Shown one piece after another: positions 10,049 to 18,674 of a DNA stretch of 64,000 nt. The first letter of the stretch is position 1, and every line of letters begins with the position of its first letter. The DNA lies in NCBI GenBank assembly GCA_046754105.1, contig JBHHVD010000003.1:2707-66706 (forward strand), given 5' to 3'. The notes under the pieces are model-generated. The model was given only the letters and a program-made list of their open reading frames with translations, was not told the origin of the DNA and did no database searches. The translations under genes and the position numbers were made by a program. The DNA is from Candidatus Krumholzibacteriia bacterium (GTDB lineage Bacteria > Krumholzibacteriota > Krumholzibacteriia > WVZY01).

Positions 10049-10086
10049 CAAAAAATGCCCGGCTGCGTCGCTTGGCAGCCGGGCAT
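10049..10086 (-). terminator. Rho-independent terminator downstream of gene 10121..10681
   Basis: 12-bp stem ATGCCCGGCTGC / GCAGCCGGGCAT with an 8-nt loop. The plus-strand A6 run at 10050-10055 becomes a T6 run directly after the hairpin on the minus strand. Confidence 0.6.
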
Positions 10087-10120
10087 CTCGAAGCTACTCG
10101 GGTTGTTTGACGGGAATCGC

Positions 10121-10681
10121 CTATTCGTACAGCGATTTCACCTGGCCCCAGGTGCTCTCTTCCACCGGGATCAGGTTACAGTCACAGTTCTGCGGCGTGC
10201 CGTTGACCGTATTCGTCCGGCCGGCGCCGATGAGCAGGTTGTTCGCACAATCGACAACTTCGACCTCGCCCGACGGAACGTTCGGATCCGCATCTACGAC
10301 AAACGCGCAGCAGAGCGGCGTCGAGCCACTGGCGAAGTAGTTGATCGTCAGAACGTGGTTTGGCGAGGCAACACACGTACCGTAGCCGATCGCCACGCCG
10401 GTCTGCGAGTTGCCGACCGTCACCGCATAGACCGCCGTATCGGACAGGTAAACCGCACCCGTCGTGCTCATACAAAGTGGGGTCTGCGCCCGAAACTGCG
10501 ACGCGCTCGCGCCCGGCGAAAGTGTATGCACCACGAAGATGCTCAGCAATCCCGGCGCAGCATCTACGACGTTACAATCCGCCGCGCCCGGGTCGCCGTA
10601 GGTGCCGATGACACCTGCCTGTCCAAACGCGAGACTCGCGCCGAACAGCATGACTGTTGTCAGCAATATCACCTTTTTCAT
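10121..10681 (-). CDS. Small secreted Cys-rich protein, subfamily A of the C-terminal-motif family
   Basis: Start at MKKVILLTTVMLFGASLAFG with AAGGAG 6 nt upstream. Shares with 8306 and 33426 the motifs DPG(G)ADCN, SQTGVAIGYGTC and PNHVLTINYF. C-terminus CNLIPVEESTWGQVKSLYE. Confidence 0.7.
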   Translation of the reverse strand: MKKVILLTTVMLFGASLAFGQAGVIGTYGDPGAADCNVVDAAPGLLSIFVVHTLSPGASASQFRAQTPLCMSTTGAVYLSDTAVYAVTVGNSQTGVAIGYGTCVASPNHVLTINYFASGSTPLCCAFVVDADPNVPSGEVEVVDCANNLLIGAGRTNTVNGTPQNCDCNLIPVEESTWGQVKSLYE

Positions 10682-11031
10682 GAAACACTCCTTTTGAGTG
10701 AACGGGATGAAAGGCCTCTTGGCCATTACCAATTTCCATTCGCTCAGCCGGTAGCACGCTGGAGATCAAACAAGAGCCTCGCCACCTCGGTACTGACGCG
10801 GCACGAAACTCTCTCGCTGAGGAACCGCCAGCTACCTCCCATTCGAGTGCCGACTAAGGACCTGGACTTCTGGAGCCTGTAGAGAGTAGCATAGGGACGC
10901 CGCGTTTGTCAATGCTCAATCGCGGCCCTCCGGTGCTCCCAACGAACCCAACTCGCCGGAATCCTGTTACGCAATCCCCGCGCCTCGGATCCGCCAGACT
11001 CCATTACAACCTGGAGCCCCGGAAAACCCGG

Positions 11032-11634
11032 TTACTGCGAATACAACGACTTAACCCTGCCCCACGTGGTTTCTTCCGCTGGCACCGCCGGACAAATCAG
11101 CGCTGTCAAACCGACGGCCTGAAATGTCTGGGGGATATTGAAACACGTGTACTGCGGGTTCGTCGGGTTGAACAACGGGTGTCCTGAAACCACTACCGGC
11201 ACACCCATTGCCGTACAGTCGGTACAGATCCACTGGACGAGGACCGTTGCGATGTTGATCGCAGAAAACCCATTCTGCGGAAGCGCCCAGCCCATCGACA
11301 TGCCCGTGGGCGTAGTGCCGAAGGTCACCGGCTGCGTGTCGAGGTCGGCGACCCAGGTCAGACACGCCGAATAGTCAACCTGCACCTCAACGCCCGTTAC
11401 GAAACAGTCAAAGTTGTACGCGACGATGTAGACGCTATCGATCTGCCCAAAAACGCCGGGAGGAATGATGGTCTCCGTCGTCCCGTCGCCTATGATCGGC
11501 GGGCCCGCGGGCGGCGGGTCCCAAGATGCCCTATCGAAGAAAACTCCAACGTAAGGAGTCTGCGCGCTCGCAACAGACGCTCCGACCACAACCAGCGCCA
11601 CAAGCGCGATGACAAACACTTTTACATTCATCAT
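11032..11634 (-). CDS. Small secreted Cys-rich protein, subfamily B of the C-terminal-motif family
   Basis: Start at MMNVKVFVIALVALVVVGASVASA with AAGGAG 7 nt upstream. Body motif TWVADLDTQPVTFGTTPTGMSMGWALPQNGF. C-terminus CPAVPAEETTWGRVKSLYSQ. Confidence 0.7.
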   Translation of the reverse strand: MMNVKVFVIALVALVVVGASVASAQTPYVGVFFDRASWDPPPAGPPIIGDGTTETIIPPGVFGQIDSVYIVAYNFDCFVTGVEVQVDYSACLTWVADLDTQPVTFGTTPTGMSMGWALPQNGFSAINIATVLVQWICTDCTAMGVPVVVSGHPLFNPTNPQYTCFNIPQTFQAVGLTALICPAVPAEETTWGRVKSLYSQ

Positions 11635-11827
11635 TCGGCAACTCCTTTGCTTGCTTGCTGCGTGTCCTAAGTTGCAAATCTGGTTTAGTGCAAAACTCTC
11701 ACCAGCAACAGAACATTGGTCTAGACGGCAAAGCGCCTGATCGGTCACTGCCCAGGGCGCTTTCACTTCTATGCTGCGTCGTGAAACCGCCCGCAAGCGC
11801 TGAATCTGGAAGCTGGATGAACCACCA

Positions 11828-11855
11828 CTGGATGAACCCCTTGGGGTTCATCCAG
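11828..11855 (-). terminator. 13-bp stem hairpin (CTGGATGAACCCC-tt-GGGGTTCATCCAG) 16 nt downstream of the stop of gene 11871..12428
   Basis: Perfect inverted repeat. A partial direct copy CTGGATGAACC lies just upstream at 11812-11822. There is no T-run, so terminator function is uncertain. Confidence 0.35.
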
Positions 11856-11870
11856 CTCAGATTTCAGACG

Positions 11871-12428
11871 CTATTCGCTATAAAGCGACTTAACCCTTCC
11901 CCACGTCGTGTCCTCCACCGGCACGGTGCGGCATACGAGCGCCGTCAAGCCAATGGCGGGATGCAACGTGATCGTGGGCCATTGCGTGAACTGCGGCGTG
12001 GGTGCACCGCTGAACGGATGCTGGACAACCTGGATCGGATCGTCCGGCACCGCACAGTTGCCACAGTTCCACTGGATGAGCGCTTTCGACACAAAGATCG
12101 GGGAGAACCCGTTCTGTGGTAGCGCCCAGCCCATCGACATGCCCGTGGGCGTAGTGCCGATGGTCACCGGTTGCGTCTCCAGGTCGGCGACCCAAGACAT
12201 GGACGCCGGGTAGTTCACCTTGAACTCAATACCGACAACGTTCGTATTGAAGTTGTAGGCGATGAAAAACAGGGAATCTACCAGGCCCACGCCCGGACAG
12301 TTCTTCTGTTCCGGGGTGCCGACTCTGTTGAAGAAGACCCCGATGTAGGGTTGTTGCGCACTCGCCACGGACGCGCCGACCAGGGTCAGCGCCACGAGCG
12401 CGAAGATCAATGTTCTTGCAATTCTCAT
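11871..12428 (-). CDS. Small secreted Cys-rich protein, subfamily B of the C-terminal-motif family
   Basis: MRIARTLIFALVALTLVGASVASA signal peptide. The AAGGAG RBS and about 50 nt of 5' leader are conserved with gene 11032..11634. Body motif TWVADLETQPVTIGTTPTGMSMGWALPQNGF. C-terminus CRTVPVEDTTWGRVKSLYSE. Confidence 0.75.
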   Translation of the reverse strand: MRIARTLIFALVALTLVGASVASAQQPYIGVFFNRVGTPEQKNCPGVGLVDSLFFIAYNFNTNVVGIEFKVNYPASMSWVADLETQPVTIGTTPTGMSMGWALPQNGFSPIFVSKALIQWNCGNCAVPDDPIQVVQHPFSGAPTPQFTQWPTITLHPAIGLTALVCRTVPVEDTTWGRVKSLYSE

Positions 12429-12515
12429 TTGGCAACTCCTTTGCTTGCTGTTGTGCCCTTTCGTCGCAAACCTGTCTTAGGAGCTATTGCCTTTTTACTT
12501 TTTCCACAGCGTCGC

Positions 12516-13211
12516 TTAGTTACACTTGTGTCCCGGAGGCCCAAAGTGAAACGCGAACCGGCTGAGATCCTGCAGGTTCACGAGTCCATTGATGTCAAAA
12601 TCCGCACAAGTGTCAAACGGCTGCGGCGGGAAAGCAGCGGCAAAGAGCGAAAGGTCGACGAGGTTGACCTCGTTGGTGCCGTCGATGTCCGGGCTGCGAA
12701 CGTTTACCCCGAGGCATTTGGCCGCGGTGCAGCTCACCAGGGGATCCTGGAGCGCGAAACCCTGAACAACGACCGATACACCATCAGCGCAGCCACCACC
12801 GGTGAGCCCACCAAGGCCACCCATGGTCGTCGTGCCCGAAGCGTTCGTCAGCGAATCGGCACCCGAAGAAGCCGAACCGCCACAGAGAACCGCGTCGTTC
12901 AGCGGATCGCAGTCGACGAGCCAGAAATCGGCGCCGGGAATGTTCGGAATCGGCGTCGAGTTCGATTCCAGCACGGTGACACTGATGATAAAACCGATAC
13001 CAGAAGCGAGTCCACCAACCTGATCGTCAAAGGTGTCCGTATCGCCCTGCGGACAAACGAACAACGGGAACGGAGGTCCCGACGCGCCGCCCGTGGCAAT
13101 CAGAGTACAGTTCGAAACGCAAGGATCGATGATCCCCGCGAAGGCTATCCCGTGTATCATTAGCAGCGATGCCGCAAGTAGACAGAGAACAGCCAGCTTA
13201 CCTTTAAACAT
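12516..13211 (-). CDS. Secreted Cys/Gly-rich protein with two C-terminal dockerin-like (EF-hand-like) calcium-binding repeats
   Basis: Start at MFKGKLAVLCLLAASLLMIHGIAFAG with a GGAGGTG RBS. The repeats DIDGTNEVNLVDLSLFAAAF and DFDINGLVNLQDLSRFAFHFG fit the dockerin type-I pattern D-x-[DN]-x-[DN]-G-x-[VI]-N-x-x-D-x-x-x-[LF]. Confidence 0.55.
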   Translation of the reverse strand: MFKGKLAVLCLLAASLLMIHGIAFAGIIDPCVSNCTLIATGGASGPPFPLFVCPQGDTDTFDDQVGGLASGIGFIISVTVLESNSTPIPNIPGADFWLVDCDPLNDAVLCGGSASSGADSLTNASGTTTMGGLGGLTGGGCADGVSVVVQGFALQDPLVSCTAAKCLGVNVRSPDIDGTNEVNLVDLSLFAAAFPPQPFDTCADFDINGLVNLQDLSRFAFHFGPPGHKCN

Positions 13212-13520
13212 TCGTACACCTCCAAAAAGTTTGGATGCACTTGCACACAGGTGCAGACCACCTGTTACGGGAAAGAAGCTCAGGGGTAGGTATCTCTTCC
13301 TTCCACCAGAGGCATTTTGCACGCCTTACTCGACAGCTGTAGATGTTATCACAGGAATCGGGCCCTTGTCAACACCCAAATCGGCGTCGCCAAGCGGATT
13401 ACGGCCCCCCGTCCTCCTCGAATCCGGGCGGCCGGGCCGCCCTCGGGGGGAACGGCGTCGCCCGGGGATTTGCGGTGTATTGCCCGAGAACGGCACCCCG
13501 ACGGAGGGACGGGCGGGGAA

Positions 13521-13596
13521 TGGTGGGCGAAACAGGGCTTGAACCTGTGACCTCCTGCTTGTAAGGCAGGTGCTCTCCCAGCTGAGCTATTCGCCC
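13521..13596 (-). tRNA. tRNA-Val (anticodon TAC), CCA encoded
   Basis: The reverse complement reads GGGCGAATAGCTCAGCTGGGAGAGCACCTGCCTTACAAGCAGGAGGTCACAGGTTCAAGCCCTGTTTCGCCCACCA, a canonical cloverleaf. It is close to E. coli tRNA-Val(UAC) through the D- and anticodon arms. Confidence 0.9.
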
Positions 13597-13610
13597 GAAT
13601 TCACGTCGCG

Positions 13611-13796
13611 CTAGAGGAAAGACAGGGGCACCAGCACGCAGTAGCCGAGGACGAGAAGCAACGGCGCGAGGGTGATGTCGTTGCCGGCCAGGAAGGCGTA
13701 TCCCACGACAATGGATACGATCCCGGCCGCGAAGACCCTCCACCTGAATTTGAAGGGCCTGCTCTTGGATTCTGTTTCCGTCATCACGTCTCTCAT
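13611..13796 (-). CDS. Hypothetical small membrane protein (two predicted TM helices)
   Basis: 61-aa ORF with hydrophobic segments VFAAGIVSIVVGYAFLAG and LAPLLLVLGYCVLVPLSFL. No family recognised. Confidence 0.3.
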   Translation of the reverse strand: MRDVMTETESKSRPFKFRWRVFAAGIVSIVVGYAFLAGNDITLAPLLLVLGYCVLVPLSFL

Positions 13797-13819
13797 TCAA
13801 TAGCGTTCAGAGCCGGCTG

Positions 13820-14638
13820 TCAATCGCTTCCTCGATTTCCCGCGGCACTCCGCTTTTCTATAGCGTCATTCAGCCGCCCGCTGCGCAGGCCGTCGCGCTC
13901 GAGCGTTACCCGCCGGAAGCCGATCCGGACCAGACTCGAGACGACTCGCGCCCACGTGTCCTCTCCCAGCAGCCGGTCGTGATCCTGCGCGGGCACTTCA
14001 ACCCGGGCGGCATCTCCGTGGTGGCGCACGCGGCACGTCCGGAACCCAAGATCTTTGAGGATGTTCTCGGACCGTTCGACCTGCCGGAGCTTTTCCGCCG
14101 TGACCCGCTCGAAGTACGGAATCCGTGACGCGAGACACGGCGCCGCCGGTTTGTCCCACAGCGACAGCCCCAGTGCCTCGGCGATCGCTCGCACCCGGCG
14201 CTTGTCGAGTCCGGCTTCGACGAGCGGGGTGACAACGCCCCGCTCCTCCGCCGCCCGCGCCCCCGGCCGGTAGTCCCCGAGATCGTCCAGGTTGGCGCCG
14301 TAGGCGATACGCGCAAGACCCCGGTCTCTCGCCACCTCGTGCAAACTCTCGAACAACTCCGCCTTGCAAAAGTAACACCGGTCGGGGTCGTTTCGCCGGT
14401 ACCGCTCGTCGGCCATCTCGCGCGTCGTGACCTGGACGCACGCAATGCCGTGCCGCGCGACGAACTCCAGCGCCGCGCGCTTCTCGCGTCCCGGCAGCGA
14501 CGCGGAAACGGCGATTGCGGACAGCGCGCCGCCGCCCAGCACGTCGTTCGCCACGTAGGCAAGCAACCCGGAATCCACGCCGCCCGAGTACGCCACCAGC
14601 ACGGAGCGATACCGATCGAGCACACGCCGCAGTGCCAT
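13820..14638 (-). CDS. PP-loop ATP pyrophosphatase family protein (TIGR00268 / LarE-like ATP-dependent sulfur transferase)
   Basis: SGGVDS PP-loop about 20 aa after the chosen start MALRRVLDRYRSVLVAYSGGVDS. Conserved CYFCK and a C-terminal Cys region. Confidence 0.7.
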   Translation of the reverse strand: MALRRVLDRYRSVLVAYSGGVDSGLLAYVANDVLGGGALSAIAVSASLPGREKRAALEFVARHGIACVQVTTREMADERYRRNDPDRCYFCKAELFESLHEVARDRGLARIAYGANLDDLGDYRPGARAAEERGVVTPLVEAGLDKRRVRAIAEALGLSLWDKPAAPCLASRIPYFERVTAEKLRQVERSENILKDLGFRTCRVRHHGDAARVEVPAQDHDRLLGEDTWARVVSSLVRIGFRRVTLERDGLRSGRLNDAIEKRSAAGNRGSD

Positions 14639-14807
14639 GTACTGCTTGTCGAGTTGTGGCGACAATCCCGTGCTCGTTTCCACGTTGCGTCCCTTGGTCA
14701 CGCGTACGATCGGTAGAGCCCGGCTGCGGGCCTCCGGTTTTCTCTCCGCTTCCCCGCCGCGGCTCCCCTGCGCCGCCCTCGCGACAGAAATCTCGCGGGA
14801 CACGCCA

Positions 14808-15824
14808 TTATTGCGAGGACAACCGGGCGCGTCTTGCCTCGCGCACGGCGGCCCGGTGGTCGCGGAGGTTCAAGGAGAATACATGACTACCGTCTCCGCG
14901 AGCGACGAAATAAATCGCCTTGCAGGTGGAATCCGGTTCCAGTGCCGCCCGGATCGCCGCCTCACCCGGATTGCATATCGGCCCCGGCGGCAGCCCGGCG
15001 CGCTGGTACGTATTGTACGGCGAATCGATCGCGAGGTCCCTGAACAACAACCGTCCCCGGTAGCCGCCCATCGCGTAGGCGACGGTGGGGTCCGCCTCGA
15101 GCCGCATTCCCTTTTGCAGCCGGTTATGGTAGACGGCCGAAACCAGCGGCAGTTCCTCCGGCAGCCGTGTCTCCGCCTCCACTATGGAGGCGAGCGTCAA
15201 GAGCTCGCGCCGGGTCATCCCGAGCCGTTCCGCCCTCGCGAGCACGTCGCGGTCCAGCACCTCCGAGAGCCGCCGCACCATCACGGCGGCGATCTCCCGG
15301 GCGGGGGAGTCCCAGGGGATGACATACGTATCCGGAAACAGGTACCCTTCCAGCGAGGGGCCTTCTATACCGAACTCCGCCAGCAGCGTCGAATCCCGGA
15401 GCAGGCTGGCGAACGCGACTGAATCGACGGCGGCCGCGGCCGCCAAAGCACCGGCGATCTCGCTGTGCATGAAGCCTTCCGGTATGGTCACCGGCACCTT
15501 GTAGACGTCCCCCGTCACCAGTTTGTACAAGATATCCTTCGGACGGGTTCCCGGCTGCAGACCATACGTGCCGACCTTGATGCGGCGATCGAGACGGCGC
15601 AGCCCCGCGTACAGTGCCAGGGGCTTGCGGTGTGCGATGAGGCCCCTGTCGCCCAGGCGCCGCGTGACGGCGGCAAAGGACTCGCCGGTCTCGACGCGAA
15701 AAAGCACGGGTTCCGTCCCCGCCACGTGGGGTCTCTCGTAGACGCCCCACAAGACGAACGCCGCCGTGAGTCCCGCGAGGGATGACAGCAGAACCACGCC
15801 ACCGAGCACGAACTTTCGGATCAA
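14808..15824 (-). CDS. mltG: Endolytic murein transglycosylase MltG (YceG family)
   Basis: N-terminal TM segment followed by the YceG-like domain (GTYGLQPGTRPKDILYKLVTG...LEADPTVAYA...YNTYQRAGLPPGPICNPG). Start placed at a TTG with GGAGG 8 nt upstream, overlapping the ruvX stop (TTGA). Confidence 0.85.
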   Translation of the reverse strand: MIRKFVLGGVVLLSSLAGLTAAFVLWGVYERPHVAGTEPVLFRVETGESFAAVTRRLGDRGLIAHRKPLALYAGLRRLDRRIKVGTYGLQPGTRPKDILYKLVTGDVYKVPVTIPEGFMHSEIAGALAAAAAVDSVAFASLLRDSTLLAEFGIEGPSLEGYLFPDTYVIPWDSPAREIAAVMVRRLSEVLDRDVLARAERLGMTRRELLTLASIVEAETRLPEELPLVSAVYHNRLQKGMRLEADPTVAYAMGGYRGRLLFRDLAIDSPYNTYQRAGLPPGPICNPGEAAIRAALEPDSTCKAIYFVARGDGSHVFSLNLRDHRAAVREARRARLSSQ

Positions 15825-16228
15825 GCCTCTTTCCTCCGGTAATCCAGATAACTTTGCAGGATAATGACCGCCGCCAACTTGTCCACTACCCCCTTGTTCG
15901 GCTTCGAGCCGCGCAGCACGCGCCGCGCCTCTTCGCTCGACAGACGCTCGTCCCACAGCGTCACGGGAAGCTTGAAGCGGCTTTGCAATTTCGCGGCCAG
16001 CGCCCTGGCCTTCTCGCTCGACTCACCCACCCGCCCGGAAAGATGCACCGGGTCCCCGACCACGATCTCGCCGATACCGTAGCTCCCCACCAGTCCGGAT
16101 ACGTAGACAAGGAAATCTACGCCGGCGGCAATGTCAAACGTGTCGATTCCCCGTGCGATGATACCCAGTTCGTCGCTGACCGCCAGCCCGATCCGGCGGC
16201 CGCCCGGGTCGACGCCCAGAATTCGCAT
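15821..16228 (-). CDS. ruvX: Holliday junction resolvase-like protein RuvX/YqgF
   Basis: MRILGVDPGGRRIGLAVSD... is a RNase H-fold YqgF signature. Confidence 0.85.
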   Translation of the reverse strand: MRILGVDPGGRRIGLAVSDELGIIARGIDTFDIAAGVDFLVYVSGLVGSYGIGEIVVGDPVHLSGRVGESSEKARALAAKLQSRFKLPVTLWDERLSSEEARRVLRGSKPNKGVVDKLAAVIILQSYLDYRRKEA

Positions 16229-16280
16229 GCGCTGCGCTCTCTTTTCTGGCATGGGGCGAAAATCCTGCCGCTGTTCGGTG

Positions 16281-18551
16281 TCACTCCCGTTTGAGCACCA
16301 CGATCGTTACGTCGTCGTTGTAGTCACCGCCGCGGGAGAAGTCGCGCACTTCCTCCACTACCGCGTCGCGCAGGCCGGCGGAGTCCTTGTCGACGTTCGA
16401 GTCGATGGCGCGGCGCAGCCTCTCCTCGCCGAAGCTGTCTCCGCCGCGGGTGACCGCGTCCGTCACCCCGTCGGTAAAGAGCACCAGCGCGCCGCCGCGC
16501 GGAAGCCGCCGTGTCTTCTCCTCGTACGGATAATCGGTCATGCATCCGAGCACGATTCCACTTTCCTCCAGGCGCTCGAGCCCGCCGTTCGAGCTAATAT
16601 AGGGAAACTCGTGCCCTGCGTTGGCGTATCTTATCTCGCCGTGCTTCAAACTGACAACACTATAGAAGACGGTCGCGAACTCCTCGGGAGAGGTACTCTG
16701 GTAGAGAAGCGAGTTAATTCGCCGCAGCATCGCCGCCGGCCTTTTCTTGGCGTCCTGGTTCGAGTTGACGGCGGCGCGGAGCGTCGCCATCAGCAGAGAC
16801 GCCGGAATGCCTTTTCCCGACACGTCAGCCACGACCACCACGAGACTGCCGTCGTCGAGGACCTCGAAGTCGTAGTAGTCGCCGGCGACGTGCCGGCTGG
16901 GGATCGTGGTAGCGCTCAGCTGGTACCCCGGTATCGCCGGCGACCCGGAAGGCAGCAACTGCGATTGGATTCTCCGCGCCATCCGTAGCTCTTCCTCCAA
17001 TACTTTTTTCTCCACGTTCTCGCGCAGCAGGCGAACGTTGTCGAGTGCGACGCCAACCTGGTTGGCGATTCCGGAGAGGAGCGCCAGCTCTTCCGCGCTG
17101 TACTTGAGGCCGTAGGTCTTCTCGCCCAGCGATACGAATCCGACACAATGCCGGTCCTTCAGGATCGGCACCAGCACCTCGTCGCTCCCTGCCAGCTCTC
17201 TCGCCTCCGCGAGACGCCGCCGGGATTCCTTCCTGGCCCGGCCCTTGTCGCGGGGTTTCTTTTCCGGCGCTCCCAGTTGCCCGGCCAGCCGCCCCTTCTC
17301 TCCGAGATCGAGCAGTTCCTGGCGCAGCAGCGGTTCGCCGATCTCCTCGAGGATCGGGACCAGGTGGTCGAAACGTGCGTCACCATTTTCGAGGTGCATC
17401 GTGACCTCGGTCGCGTCCAGAACCCGGCGAAACCCCTCACGCAGCCTCAGTTCCAGGTCTTCCTCCGTGGCGACGTTCGAGATCTCGCCGCCCAACTCCC
17501 TGAACCTGGCCTGCAGGTCATCCCTTCCCTTCAACAGCACGCGCTCGAGAAGTTCTTCTATGCGGAAGAACACCGGCTGAAACGCGATAATGGTCAGGAT
17601 GATGAAGCCGGTCTCGAACGCTTCCTTGCTCGCCACGCTGTACTGTCCAAAAAAATCGCTCACCGGCTTGACGACTACGATATAGACGCCCGCGAACACC
17701 AGCGACGCGCCACCATAGAGCACGGCGCGCCGGGTCACGTAGCGGATGCCGAGGAACTGCTGCCGGATCAACGCGTAGGCCACGGAACCCCCACCGGCCA
17801 CCAGGGCGAAGTTGATCAAGGCGAGATGGACTTCGGCCGAGGCAAAGTCACCCCGCAGCAGCGGCACGGCCTTGGCCACCGTGTAACCGGCGATGCTCAC
17901 CGCCAGGCCCGTGAGCACCGTTCGCAGCTGGCCCGCGATCCGCGGGTTGAGATGAAGCCTCATACTCCGAAACAGCACCGCCAGCGCGATGGACGCGTAG
18001 AGGATGTTCACCAGCAGGAACAGCTGCTTGTGCAGTTTCACCAGAGTGGAGAAAATGACCGAGATAACGTTTCCCAGGCCCCCGAGCGACACGGTTCGTC
18101 CCCCGAGCGTGATCTCCCTCGCCGTCGGCAGCCCCGTGGAGAGGTCCATGACCGTCGTCGCAAAACCGTCGCCCGTCATGATCATTCCCAGGTGGAACAG
18201 GTAGGGCGCGAACACCAGCAAACCCACGAAGAGGAAATTGGTGAAGAACCTCTTCTGCCGCGGAAAAGTCAGAGAGAACCAGAGCAGCGAAGGAAAGTAA
18301 AACTCCCACAGGTACTCGAAATTCTCGACCATCGAGTGGTACACCACCGCGTCTTGTTTGAGTGCGCCCTGCAGGATGATGCCGGACGCGCTGAGGATCG
18401 GACCCACGCCGGCAAAAAACAGGATCAGCGCCGTCGCGCGGGTCGGAGCGCTGCTGTTTCCGGTTCTCAGAATGGTAAGACCCAGCAAGAAGAGGAACAC
18501 GCCGCTGGCCAGGTAGAACACGGACAGCATAAGTGAGACCGGCACACCCAT
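16281..18551 (-). CDS. Membrane-anchored PP2C-type Ser/Thr phosphatase (SpoIIE/RsbU-like) with N-terminal polytopic membrane domain
   Basis: 756 aa. The N-terminal ~280 aa are multi-TM. The C-terminal PPM domain carries HVAGDYYDF, VVVADVSGKG, NAGHEFPY and VLFTDGVTD. Confidence 0.8.
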   Translation of the reverse strand: MGVPVSLMLSVFYLASGVFLFLLGLTILRTGNSSAPTRATALILFFAGVGPILSASGIILQGALKQDAVVYHSMVENFEYLWEFYFPSLLWFSLTFPRQKRFFTNFLFVGLLVFAPYLFHLGMIMTGDGFATTVMDLSTGLPTAREITLGGRTVSLGGLGNVISVIFSTLVKLHKQLFLLVNILYASIALAVLFRSMRLHLNPRIAGQLRTVLTGLAVSIAGYTVAKAVPLLRGDFASAEVHLALINFALVAGGGSVAYALIRQQFLGIRYVTRRAVLYGGASLVFAGVYIVVVKPVSDFFGQYSVASKEAFETGFIILTIIAFQPVFFRIEELLERVLLKGRDDLQARFRELGGEISNVATEEDLELRLREGFRRVLDATEVTMHLENGDARFDHLVPILEEIGEPLLRQELLDLGEKGRLAGQLGAPEKKPRDKGRARKESRRRLAEARELAGSDEVLVPILKDRHCVGFVSLGEKTYGLKYSAEELALLSGIANQVGVALDNVRLLRENVEKKVLEEELRMARRIQSQLLPSGSPAIPGYQLSATTIPSRHVAGDYYDFEVLDDGSLVVVVADVSGKGIPASLLMATLRAAVNSNQDAKKRPAAMLRRINSLLYQSTSPEEFATVFYSVVSLKHGEIRYANAGHEFPYISSNGGLERLEESGIVLGCMTDYPYEEKTRRLPRGGALVLFTDGVTDAVTRGGDSFGEERLRRAIDSNVDKDSAGLRDAVVEEVRDFSRGGDYNDDVTIVVLKRE

Positions 18552-18674
18552 GAATACTCCGGGGGGTCAGGGGATCGCGACCTGCTACATTAAATACGCG
18601 TGGCCGAACGCAAAGGTTCCCGGGCCCAAAAGGTGGCGTCCGATCGGGAAGAGGGGAGTAAGTGGCGGCTACCG

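Noticed and set aside
13426-13442. Hairpin GGGCGGCC-g-GGCCGCCC as the tRNA-Val terminator
   Set aside because: GC-only stem without an adjacent T-run on either strand; likely fortuitous in GC-rich DNA.
14808-15956. Longer MltG start (382-aa ORF) overlapping ruvX by 135 nt
   Set aside because: The TTG at 15824 has a GGAGG RBS 8 nt upstream, gives the expected TM-first MltG N-terminus and removes the large overlap.
17148-18536. 462-aa plus-strand ORF
   Set aside because: It is antisense to the well-supported PP2C phosphatase gene, with a low-complexity R/Q/E/H-rich translation.
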